Below are positions 10,418-18,998 of a stretch of DNA of 64,000 nucleotides, one piece after another. Under the pieces are notes generated by a model. That model made no database searches, had not been told where the DNA came from, and saw only the letters and a list, made by a program, of their open reading frames with translations. The stretch's first letter is position 1. The number at the start of each line of letters is the position of its first letter. The DNA comes from an uncultured archaeon (lineage in GTDB: Archaea; Thermoplasmatota; Penumbrarchaeia; JASLWR01), in assembly GCA_964430885.1 (NCBI GenBank), contig CAYSHM010000001.1:1-64000 (forward strand). Direction: 5' to 3'. The position numbers and the translations under genes are program-made.

Positions 10418-11187
10418 CTGGAGAGATTAAACGCACCTCCGCTGGCCAGAGGATAGGTGTCCTGACTAGGATGTCCTTCTTTCAAGCCTTCCTCAGAAAG
10501 CGGATGATAGGAATTGCCCTGTTCATGCTTATCCCTATTGTTATCACAATAATATGGATGATTAAGGTGGATGATGCAAAACCTCTGGAGGAATTTTCCG
10601 GTCTCTTCATTGTTCTGTATCTGCATATACTTATTCCTCTCGTCACCCTGATAATGGGTGTGAACCTATTCCATTCAGAATTCAGAGATAAGACAATTTC
10701 ATATCTTCTTATCAGGCCGCTTCCCCGTTGGGGGGTATATCTGGGCAAGGTCTTGGGTTTGGTGGTGGCCGAACTGCTGGTAGTATTACCTTCTGTGGCA
10801 ATAACATTCTTTTTGATGATGAGCAAAGGAGAAGAATCCGGTTATATCGGCAATCTGTTCGGTTTCATATTAATGACTTGTTTGGGTATATTGACATACT
10901 CACTCTTCTTCATACTTCTGGGCCTGAAGTTCAAACGTCCAATGCTGATAGGTTTGGTGGTGGCCTTCTTCTGGGAAAAAACTGTTTCAGTTCTCAGCAC
11001 CACCATAGCTAAGTTCACAATACTTCACCATCTGCTTTCCATCGGCAACAAGATCATAAATGTAGAGGGCTTTGGTATGTCCGGGGAAGAAACAAGTCCT
11101 AAAACTGCCTTAATCATATTGATGGTGATGATAACGGTATTTTCTGCATTATCTATCAGAATTTTGAATCGGAAAGAAATCTCCTGA
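10414..11187 (+). CDS. ABC-2 type permease
   Basis: ATGA overlap with the upstream gene; about 6 TMs; EFRDKTISYLLIRPLPRWGVYLGK motif. Confidence 0.9.
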   Translation: MTGEIKRTSAGQRIGVLTRMSFFQAFLRKRMIGIALFMLIPIVITIIWMIKVDDAKPLEEFSGLFIVLYLHILIPLVTLIMGVNLFHSEFRDKTISYLLIRPLPRWGVYLGKVLGLVVAELLVVLPSVAITFFLMMSKGEESGYIGNLFGFILMTCLGILTYSLFFILLGLKFKRPMLIGLVVAFFWEKTVSVLSTTIAKFTILHHLLSIGNKIINVEGFGMSGEETSPKTALIILMVMITVFSALSIRILNRKEIS

Positions 11188-11562
11188 AGATTTTTTCTCC
11201 ATCAGCAATTTCGAATTATTCAATAAAATCTTTTATCCCAATATTATATAATATATATTGTACATTCAAGTAGATGCAAATGAAGGAATTGGAAATCTAC
11301 CTGAATTTAATAATTGGACGAGTCGTTAGGGAAGAAAGGAAAGCACGTGTAAGATAATCGAAGAAGGAAAGAAAAAGGCGAAGGAAGACAGACATAAGAA
11401 CAGATAGTATTGTAAGTAAGTACGGAAGTAAAAAGAAAAACCGGCATTCAAACCTTGTTTTTTTTATTGGGAATGCCAACACAAATGATTAAAAAACAAA
11501 GCCATTTTTTATAAATGGATATTTTCATCAAAATAATAAGCTAAAAGGAGACAGTAGATATT

Positions 11563-13866
11563 ATGAAGATTAGTAGGTACGAAATGGAACTTGAAGGTAA
11601 TACGTTAATTATCGAGCACGGCAGAATGGCATCCCAGGCGGGGGCAGCAGTGATTGCACAGATGGGAGAAACATCTGTTCTAGCCACTGTAACAATGTCA
11701 AAAGGTTCAAGACAAGGAATTAATTTTTTTCCATTAATGGTAGATTATGAGGAACAGTTCTCTGCTGCAGGCAGAATAAAAGGTCCCCGATATACGAAAA
11801 GAGAGGGACGACCCTCCAACGAGGCAATATTGATCTCGAGAATGATAGACCGGGGTTTAAGACCACTGTTCCCCCAAAATATCAGGAACGACATACAGGT
11901 AATATGCATTCCCTTGAGTTTGGATTATGAGAATCCTCCTGATATATTATCAATGATAGCCGCATGCACAGCTATACATATTTCCAATATACCCTTTGAC
12001 GGCCCGATTGTCGGTGTAAGGGTTGGTCTGATGACGGGAGAATTGGTGATAAATCCCCCATCAGAAGATATGGATTACTGCGAGATGGATCTGGTTGTAA
12101 TGGGTGATGGAGAACGGATAACAATGGTTGAGGCTAGTGCACAGGATATTCCAGACGAGTTCTTCGTAGATGGATGTAAAATGGCAATGGAGGCAATGGG
12201 GCCTCTTGCCAAATTCATTGATGATATAAGAACGGATATTGGACATGAAAAAGCCTCTGAAGATGAACTAGTACTCAGGGATAATTACAGTCCAGAAGAT
12301 ATTGAAGTTATTGAAAAAATGAAAACAATGGCCAATCCACATTTGGAAAAATATCTATTCAATACCCCGAAGGGATCCAAAGGAGAGAGAAAGGATATTC
12401 TCAAGGGATTGAAGAACCTGATCCTAGATGAGCTTTCCAAGGAACTGAAGACAGAGGAAAGAGATGAGGAGGCCACAAAAAATTATCTCTCTGGATTGAT
12501 CGGCTCATTTTTCATGGACTTTATTGAAGAACAGGTAACAAAGGCAATTCTGGATAAGGACCTCAGAATAGACGGAAGAAAACTCGATGAGATTAGAGAA
12601 TTAAAAGCAGATGCGGGATTTATCCCGCGGCTGCATGGTTCGGGTCTTTTTTCAAGAGGGGAAACACAAGTTCTTTCCATGGCTACCCTGGGAGCCCCCG
12701 GGGATGTTCTTACAGTGGAAACCATGGTAACCGATGACAGTAAAAGATTCTTCCACCACTATAACTTTAAACCGTTCTCAGTGGGCGAAGTAAAACCCAT
12801 CAGGGGAGCTAGCAGGAGGGATATCGGACATGGAACATTGGCGGAAAAAGCTTTAAGACCAGTTATTCCTGATAAGATCGAATTCCCTTATACAATCAGG
12901 GTTGTCAGTGAAGTGATGAGCTCCAACGGTTCATCATCAATGGCCTCTTCCTGCGGATCCACCCTGGCCCTTATGGATGCCGGCGTACCCATCAAGAAAG
13001 CTGTGGCCGGCATAGCTATCGGCCTTGCTTCGGACAATGAGAGATGGAAAATATTAACAGATATTCAGGACCTCGAGGATGGAACTGGCGGTATGGATTT
13101 CAAGTTCACAGGAACCAGGGACGGCTTAACGGCCATCCAGATGGATACAAAGACCAGGGGACTGGGGCTGGACATCATAGAGGCGTCAATGCCTCGAATG
13201 AGAAAGGCCATATCTGAAATTCTGGATATCATGGAAGAAACCATAGGCGAACCCAGAGCTGAACTGTCTCCCTATGCGCCGAGGATCATCAATTATATGA
13301 TCGATACGGATAGGATCGGAGAGGTAATCGGACCCGGAGGAAAGATCATCAGAGGGATCCAGGATGAATTTGATGTACAGGTGGATATAGATGATACAGG
13401 CCTGGTCCAGATCACTTCTACAGATGCAGAAAGTGCTGAAGGTGCTCTGAATTTTGTCAAGAACATTGTAAGAAAGATTGAAGTGGGGGAAGTTTTCGAA
13501 GAAGCAGAGGTTGTGAAGATCACCAATTTCGGAGCATTTATCAACCTTACGGGCAATAACGACGGATTATGCCATATTTCAGAGATCGATTGGGATCATG
13601 TAAAGAGAGTAGAAGATCGTCTGAATGTTGGTGACAAAGTAAAGGTCAAGGTAATCAAGGTCATGGGCGACAAGATTAACGTCTCAATTCGGGCATTGAA
13701 ACCAAAGCCTAAGACCCTGGGATCTTCAGGCGGGCGACCTAGAAGTAGATCTGGCCCCCGAAGCGGAGGGCGAGGGCGTTTCTCAAGTAGACCTTCCAGT
13801 GGCCGAAATAGTTACAGAAGAAAACCACCCAGAGATAATGATAATGCCAAGAAAAATGTTGAATAG
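11563..13866 (+). CDS. pnp: Polyribonucleotide nucleotidyltransferase (bacterial-type PNPase)
   Basis: Two RNase PH domains ([63 protein letters not shown]), KH ([12 protein letters not shown]), S1 ([13 protein letters not shown]), R/G/S-rich tail; AGGAG upstream. Confidence 0.97.
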   Translation: MKISRYEMELEGNTLIIEHGRMASQAGAAVIAQMGETSVLATVTMSKGSRQGINFFPLMVDYEEQFSAAGRIKGPRYTKREGRPSNEAILISRMIDRGLRPLFPQNIRNDIQVICIPLSLDYENPPDILSMIAACTAIHISNIPFDGPIVGVRVGLMTGELVINPPSEDMDYCEMDLVVMGDGERITMVEASAQDIPDEFFVDGCKMAMEAMGPLAKFIDDIRTDIGHEKASEDELVLRDNYSPEDIEVIEKMKTMANPHLEKYLFNTPKGSKGERKDILKGLKNLILDELSKELKTEERDEEATKNYLSGLIGSFFMDFIEEQVTKAILDKDLRIDGRKLDEIRELKADAGFIPRLHGSGLFSRGETQVLSMATLGAPGDVLTVETMVTDDSKRFFHHYNFKPFSVGEVKPIRGASRRDIGHGTLAEKALRPVIPDKIEFPYTIRVVSEVMSSNGSSSMASSCGSTLALMDAGVPIKKAVAGIAIGLASDNERWKILTDIQDLEDGTGGMDFKFTGTRDGLTAIQMDTKTRGLGLDIIEASMPRMRKAISEILDIMEETIGEPRAELSPYAPRIINYMIDTDRIGEVIGPGGKIIRGIQDEFDVQVDIDDTGLVQITSTDAESAEGALNFVKNIVRKIEVGEVFEEAEVVKITNFGAFINLTGNNDGLCHISEIDWDHVKRVEDRLNVGDKVKVKVIKVMGDKINVSIRALKPKPKTLGSSGGRPRSRSGPRSGGRGRFSSRPSSGRNSYRRKPPRDNDNAKKNVE

Positions 13867-13918
13867 GTTTTTATCTGGCCTATTGAACCTATCCTCTTAA
13901 TTTCCTCAAAGTGATCGC

Positions 13919-14941
13919 ATGAGCCATAATGCCATTGTTACAAATAATTTAACAAAAAGATACAGTGAAATCACAGCAGTGGACAATGTTTCTTTCAAGG
14001 TAAAAAAGGGTGAAATATTCGGTTTTCTCGGCCCTAATGGCGCAGGGAAAACAACTACCATAAGGATGTTATGCACCCTTTCCAGACCAACATCTGGAAC
14101 TGCAACGGTCGCCGGGTATGATATTGTAAAAAATGATCATCGGGTCAGAGAGCATATTGGACTGGTGGCGGAAAAATTGATAATGTATGACGAATTGACC
14201 GCCAGGGAGAATCTCAAACTATTCGGAAAACTCTACAACCTGTCATCTGGTGAACTGTCCGAAAGAACCGATGAGTTACTTGATCTTGTCAGGATGGAAA
14301 AATGGGCGAACCAGCAGATAGGAAAGTTTTCAACTGGAATGAAACAGAGGATCAATGTTATTAGGGCTCTATTGAACAAACCTGAGATACTCTTTCTGGA
14401 TGAGCCTACTTTGGGTCTCGATCCACAATCCACAAGTGAGATCAGGAACATAATCCGGCGTATCAACAAAGAGAACGGGACCACTATAATTCTTACCACT
14501 CACATGATGGTTGAGGCCGATATGCTGTGTCACAGACTAGGTATAATAGACAATGGCAAGATAGCGGCTTTGGATACTCCCGGCAACCTGAAAAGTATAC
14601 TTCTGGACGGAAAATCCACTGTAATGGAATTCCAGGTGGATTTCATCAAACCTTATCTAAAGAAACACCTCTTGGATAAAGGGTTCATAGACCGAGTGAG
14701 CCTGACTGGTGAGAACCGAATTAAAATACACGGCCGAGGAGAAGAATCTCTTACGAGTATTATTGACGAGATCCGTAGTGCAGGGTGCCGAATAAGGAAT
14801 ATCAATAACCTTGAGCCTACATTGGAAGATGTGTTCCTCCACATCACTGGCAAGAATGTCAGGGACGATGCATCCAACAGTAAGAACAAGATGAAAGGAC
14901 CTTCAAGACACAGATGGAAAAAAACCAGCAGGGTAAGGTGA
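13919..14941 (+). CDS. ABC transporter ATP-binding protein (DrrA-like)
   Basis: GPNGAGKTT, FSTGMKQR, LFLDEPTLGLDP, C-terminal PTLEDVFL. Confidence 0.95.
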   Translation: MSHNAIVTNNLTKRYSEITAVDNVSFKVKKGEIFGFLGPNGAGKTTTIRMLCTLSRPTSGTATVAGYDIVKNDHRVREHIGLVAEKLIMYDELTARENLKLFGKLYNLSSGELSERTDELLDLVRMEKWANQQIGKFSTGMKQRINVIRALLNKPEILFLDEPTLGLDPQSTSEIRNIIRRINKENGTTIILTTHMMVEADMLCHRLGIIDNGKIAALDTPGNLKSILLDGKSTVMEFQVDFIKPYLKKHLLDKGFIDRVSLTGENRIKIHGRGEESLTSIIDEIRSAGCRIRNINNLEPTLEDVFLHITGKNVRDDASNSKNKMKGPSRHRWKKTSRVR

Positions 14942-14946
14942 TATAA

Positions 14947-16137
14947 TTGGGATTGGGCAGTATCTTCAGACACAGTTTTTGGATATGCTGGAAGGACATC
15001 ACCGAGTTCTCCAGAAGCAAGCTACGCTTGATAATGCTTGTAATAATGCCCCTTTTCATGATGGTGATGGTTGGTTTCATCTTCCCTTCTTCAGGTTCCC
15101 TGGTAGATCAACCAATAGCTATTGCTAACCTAGATACAGGTATAAACGGCACATATCACTCCAGGGAATTCATTGATGCATTGGAAGCAATCAATGTAAG
15201 GACTGAGATCATGGATATCAAAACCGCAAGGAATTTCAATGATATCAAGAAGATGATACAGGACGGTGACATATCCGGCGGCCTGATAATCGAAGAAGAT
15301 TTTTCCCAATCCGTTGAAAATGGTCTGAAAGCGAATCTCACCGTAGTACCTGACCAGACGAATCCCCAGCTGGCAATGGTCATTGAAACCGTTCTATCCG
15401 AAACAATTGAGGAAATGGGAAAACAGAGGGCCGTAGGAAAGATCAATCTTACAATGAACATTTCCCTTGAAAAGAGCGATGCAATAGTGAACCCCTACAG
15501 AGTAAACATCAGAGGTCTCGTTGAGGGAGATCCCAACTACTTCCAGTTCGTGGCCCCGGGAATAATGGCCATGGTAGTAATGATGTCATTGATGACCGGC
15601 CTTCCACACGCCATATCTTATGAAAAGGACATAGGCACCCTTGATGGAATGCTTGTTGCCCCAATTAACAGAATTTCTATAATCCTGGGTAAGGTAATGG
15701 CCCAAACTACCAGAGGTATGGTACAGGGCCTCATAATTGTGGTTTTGGCCACACTTCTATTTGACGTGAAGATATTCGGTAATATATTTTTAGTATTTCT
15801 TTTACTGCTCCTGGGTGTTTTCAGTTTTGTAGGGTTAGGAATACTCATAACTTCATTTACCGATAAGGAAGAAACTGCATCAATGGTGATGATGTCCCTC
15901 ATGTTCCCAATGATGTTCTTTTCAGGTGTTTTTTTCCCAATCCAGCAGATGCCGAGGTTCATGCAGATAATATCTCAAGCTCTGCCCCTTACTTATGCTA
16001 CAAGAGCCCTGAGAAAGGTAATGATACTTGGCGCCGGGCCATCATCCATATGGATTGAAATGAGCATCATGGCAGGATTCGGTATCGTCCTTCTGGCGAT
16101 TGCAGTTCCAATGTTCAAGAGAGCCATGACAAGATAG
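14947..16137 (+). CDS. ABC-2 family permease
   Basis: TM1, extracellular loop, then 5 TMs; YEKDIGTLDGMLVAP..LGK; FSGVFFP..MP; PLTYA. Confidence 0.92.
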   Translation: MGLGSIFRHSFWICWKDITEFSRSKLRLIMLVIMPLFMMVMVGFIFPSSGSLVDQPIAIANLDTGINGTYHSREFIDALEAINVRTEIMDIKTARNFNDIKKMIQDGDISGGLIIEEDFSQSVENGLKANLTVVPDQTNPQLAMVIETVLSETIEEMGKQRAVGKINLTMNISLEKSDAIVNPYRVNIRGLVEGDPNYFQFVAPGIMAMVVMMSLMTGLPHAISYEKDIGTLDGMLVAPINRISIILGKVMAQTTRGMVQGLIIVVLATLLFDVKIFGNIFLVFLLLLLGVFSFVGLGILITSFTDKEETASMVMMSLMFPMMFFSGVFFPIQQMPRFMQIISQALPLTYATRALRKVMILGAGPSSIWIEMSIMAGFGIVLLAIAVPMFKRAMTR

Positions 16138-16242
16138 ATACTGGTGAAAAATAACACCACATTTCCCAATCGCCGAATGATTAATATACAAATAACATCC
16201 TCCGATGTTCATTGAATACAATTAAACCAGGCTGGTGAGATT

Positions 16243-16440
16243 GTGGGAAATGATGATGAAAAAAAAGCGGAAGGTGAAAAAATGAATATATCTATGTATC
16301 CCATATGTCCGAAATGCAAGGAAGGAACACTGCTGCCCTTTTATAACGACAAGGGAGTGAATACTTACATGTGCACAGTATGCGAAGTTGTATTTGACGG
16401 ACCTGGTGCAGGTGAAACATATTATTATGACACTGATTGA
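16243..16440 (+). CDS. Small zinc-ribbon protein
   Basis: CPKC...CTVC; GGTGA SD-like motif before the GTG start; isolated in an intergenic gap. Confidence 0.6.
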   Translation: MGNDDEKKAEGEKMNISMYPICPKCKEGTLLPFYNDKGVNTYMCTVCEVVFDGPGAGETYYYDTD

Positions 16441-16593
16441 AATCCCCTAGATAAGCTATTTGTGCACTATGATAGGATATTAAAAAAACGGACATTGATC
16501 TGTTTCATATTATTAAACGTGACAAGTATTATTGACGGGGTATCTACTTGATTCACCGCCTTAATTATCCCGTTTTCTCAGAGGTGTTCCTGA

Positions 16594-18978
16594 ATGATGA
16601 TCAAAAAAAGGATTGAATTGCTATTTTTCATTACCATCATTGTTCTTACTAGTTTCACGTCAGTTTTTATTCTAACAGTATCCGGGCCTATCAATGAAAA
16701 TATTGGTATTACTTCTATTGAACCCTCGCCATCTATACCTGATATTTGGTTATCCTCTTTATCACGAAAAACCGATAAATCGGAAAACACCCTCATGGCA
16801 GGATATGTATTCGACGAACAGACTGAAAGAGTTAAATCAAATCATACTGTGAAAGTATTTGGTGAATATTTACTGGCTAATACCACTATCACAGACAATA
16901 CAGGATGGTATTCTATCCACATACCTGAAGGAAAGTTGACCGTAACTGTACTCAATATGAAATCCATAGAGGTCTATATGACCTATATCAATGTTAGCGG
17001 GCACTCGAGTATCAGAAAGGATCTTATTTTCGATTCCGGCGATATTTTGAACTCTAAAATCTCGGGAAAAATAAGCTCATCCAATGATGATAAAGCTGTA
17101 GATAATGCACTGATTAAGCTTATCCCGAAGAATACGAACGGATCAAAAGTAATGTTGAACTCCAACAGTAGAGGCAATTTCTATTACTTGGCACAGGCAG
17201 GGATTTATGATGTGGAATTCTGGTACAAGGATATTCACATGAAAACCGAGAAAATTGAACTGCATTGGAGTGAGGAGCTTGTTCTGAACACAAGCCTGAA
17301 CATTCCTGATACATCCGATGAAGAAAAGGGAAAATTCTGGTCTAATTTTCTGGAGAGAGTAAAGGAAAAATGGTATTATTTCCTTGCAATGATCTCCATA
17401 CTATTTCTGAGCTTCTTGATAATGGTCTCCATCTCCCATCTGCTAAAACGTTCACAGCTGCTCCATAAAAGCTTTCTTTCCAACATCACAATAAAAATGG
17501 TCATAAGAATGGAGAAGACGCTGATACTGTTCTCCATGATGCTGGGGGAACTATATTTGGCAGGCTACTTTTTCAGATTCATTCATAATTATATCTGGGA
17601 ATTTATTTCTCCGTATATCTACAACTTCTTCTTTATAATCATAGTCTATTATCTCATAAAGATTTTCAGGGGTACAATAACTGATTATGTAATATTCAGC
17701 AGAAAAAGGGAACAAATGCAGGGTAAAGCAAAAAGAACTACCGGTAGATTTTCCATAAAAAACTTCCTCAAGATGCCTGCAAATCAAGTGGAACAGGTTG
17801 CCCCGGTGCTAAATTATATGATTCTTGTAATTGGAATATTAATAATCACTTCAACTATACTAATAAGCGTTGGAAAACAGAAATCTATATTCGGTTCAAT
17901 AACTGGATTCTTCACCGGTAATTCCAATTATTTCTATTTCATAGCCATTACAATATTGGTTGTCTGGCTCGTCAGAAGGATGGTAACCATAATCTTCCTC
18001 AACCTTTCTCATAAGACCAAAAAGGTCAATCCGGCGGTCATACGCCTTGCGGGGAAAGGAATAAACAGTTTCATAATAGGATTCTCGATCATGATAATAC
18101 TCGTAGCAATTCTTCAGATGGCAAACCTGGGTGAGATAAGTTCAGTAATTCTATCCATTGCAATAGTATCCATAGGAGTTGCCTCGGCAATAGCGTCCAC
18201 CGGAGGCATCAACAATCTGATAACTGGTATGGCGGTCCAGGCATTCCGGCCTATAGAGATAGGGGACAGAATAAAATTCGGGGATAATCTGGTGGGGGAT
18301 GTAATTGAATTCAGCAATGTTAACGTCAAGATAAAGAATTTGGAAGGAGAACATGTCACAATACCGCACAACCAGGTGCTTCAGCACACAATGGTCAACC
18401 TTTCACAGTCCATACCTGTAGCAATTACCATAGGCGCCACATTGGGATATGACGTTCCTCATGAGGATGTGGAGTGCCTGATGCTTGAAGCTGCAAATAA
18501 AACCAACGGAGTTCTTTTCGATCCAGAACCTGAAACCGTACTGGTTGATATGAAGGATTTCTACATCGCTTATGAGCTCAAGGCCTATGTCAACGATGTA
18601 ACGAATCTAAGAGATATAAAATCGGAGCTAATAAGAAAATGCCATACTCTATTCTATGAGAACGGCGTGGAAATCCTCTCCCCTGCTTATCATGTGGTTC
18701 GCCAGGAGGATGCACCTAAACCAGACATAATGAAAGGATACGTGGATTCCAAACTTGGAAATCTGGTAGAGGTAACCAAGAAGGATACATCATTGATGAA
18801 TAAAATGATAGAATCAAAAAAAAGCTCAAGGGACAAGATTAAAAATATAAAAAAGAGGAAGGAAAAGGAAAAAAGCCATAAGAAGGATAAAACTCCTATT
18901 AAAAAAGATAAAAAGAAAAAAACTCAAAAGGACAGTAAAAGCGGGAGAAAAGCAAAAAAAAATGAAAAGACCGAATGA
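16594..18978 (+). CDS. MscS-family mechanosensitive channel with N-terminal extracellular beta-sandwich (carboxypeptidase-regulatory-like) domains and Lys-rich tail
   Basis: INNLITGM..RPIEIGDRIK..GDV..VTIPHNQ, LGYDVP..VE.LM.EAA, GVEILSP; N-terminal TDNTGWYSI and SNSRGNFYY repeats. Confidence 0.9.
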   Translation: MMIKKRIELLFFITIIVLTSFTSVFILTVSGPINENIGITSIEPSPSIPDIWLSSLSRKTDKSENTLMAGYVFDEQTERVKSNHTVKVFGEYLLANTTITDNTGWYSIHIPEGKLTVTVLNMKSIEVYMTYINVSGHSSIRKDLIFDSGDILNSKISGKISSSNDDKAVDNALIKLIPKNTNGSKVMLNSNSRGNFYYLAQAGIYDVEFWYKDIHMKTEKIELHWSEELVLNTSLNIPDTSDEEKGKFWSNFLERVKEKWYYFLAMISILFLSFLIMVSISHLLKRSQLLHKSFLSNITIKMVIRMEKTLILFSMMLGELYLAGYFFRFIHNYIWEFISPYIYNFFFIIIVYYLIKIFRGTITDYVIFSRKREQMQGKAKRTTGRFSIKNFLKMPANQVEQVAPVLNYMILVIGILIITSTILISVGKQKSIFGSITGFFTGNSNYFYFIAITILVVWLVRRMVTIIFLNLSHKTKKVNPAVIRLAGKGINSFIIGFSIMIILVAILQMANLGEISSVILSIAIVSIGVASAIASTGGINNLITGMAVQAFRPIEIGDRIKFGDNLVGDVIEFSNVNVKIKNLEGEHVTIPHNQVLQHTMVNLSQSIPVAITIGATLGYDVPHEDVECLMLEAANKTNGVLFDPEPETVLVDMKDFYIAYELKAYVNDVTNLRDIKSELIRKCHTLFYENGVEILSPAYHVVRQEDAPKPDIMKGYVDSKLGNLVEVTKKDTSLMNKMIESKKSSRDKIKNIKKRKEKEKSHKKDKTPIKKDKKKKTQKDSKSGRKAKKNEKTE

Positions 18979-18998
18979 TCTGTTATTCACTTTATTTA

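Noticed and set aside
16243-16440. Small Cys protein as a RING-type E3 for the Ubl system (also 62625-62972)
   Set aside because: Each has only two CxxC pairs (zinc ribbon), not the eight-ligand RING pattern, and neither is adjacent to the Ubl.
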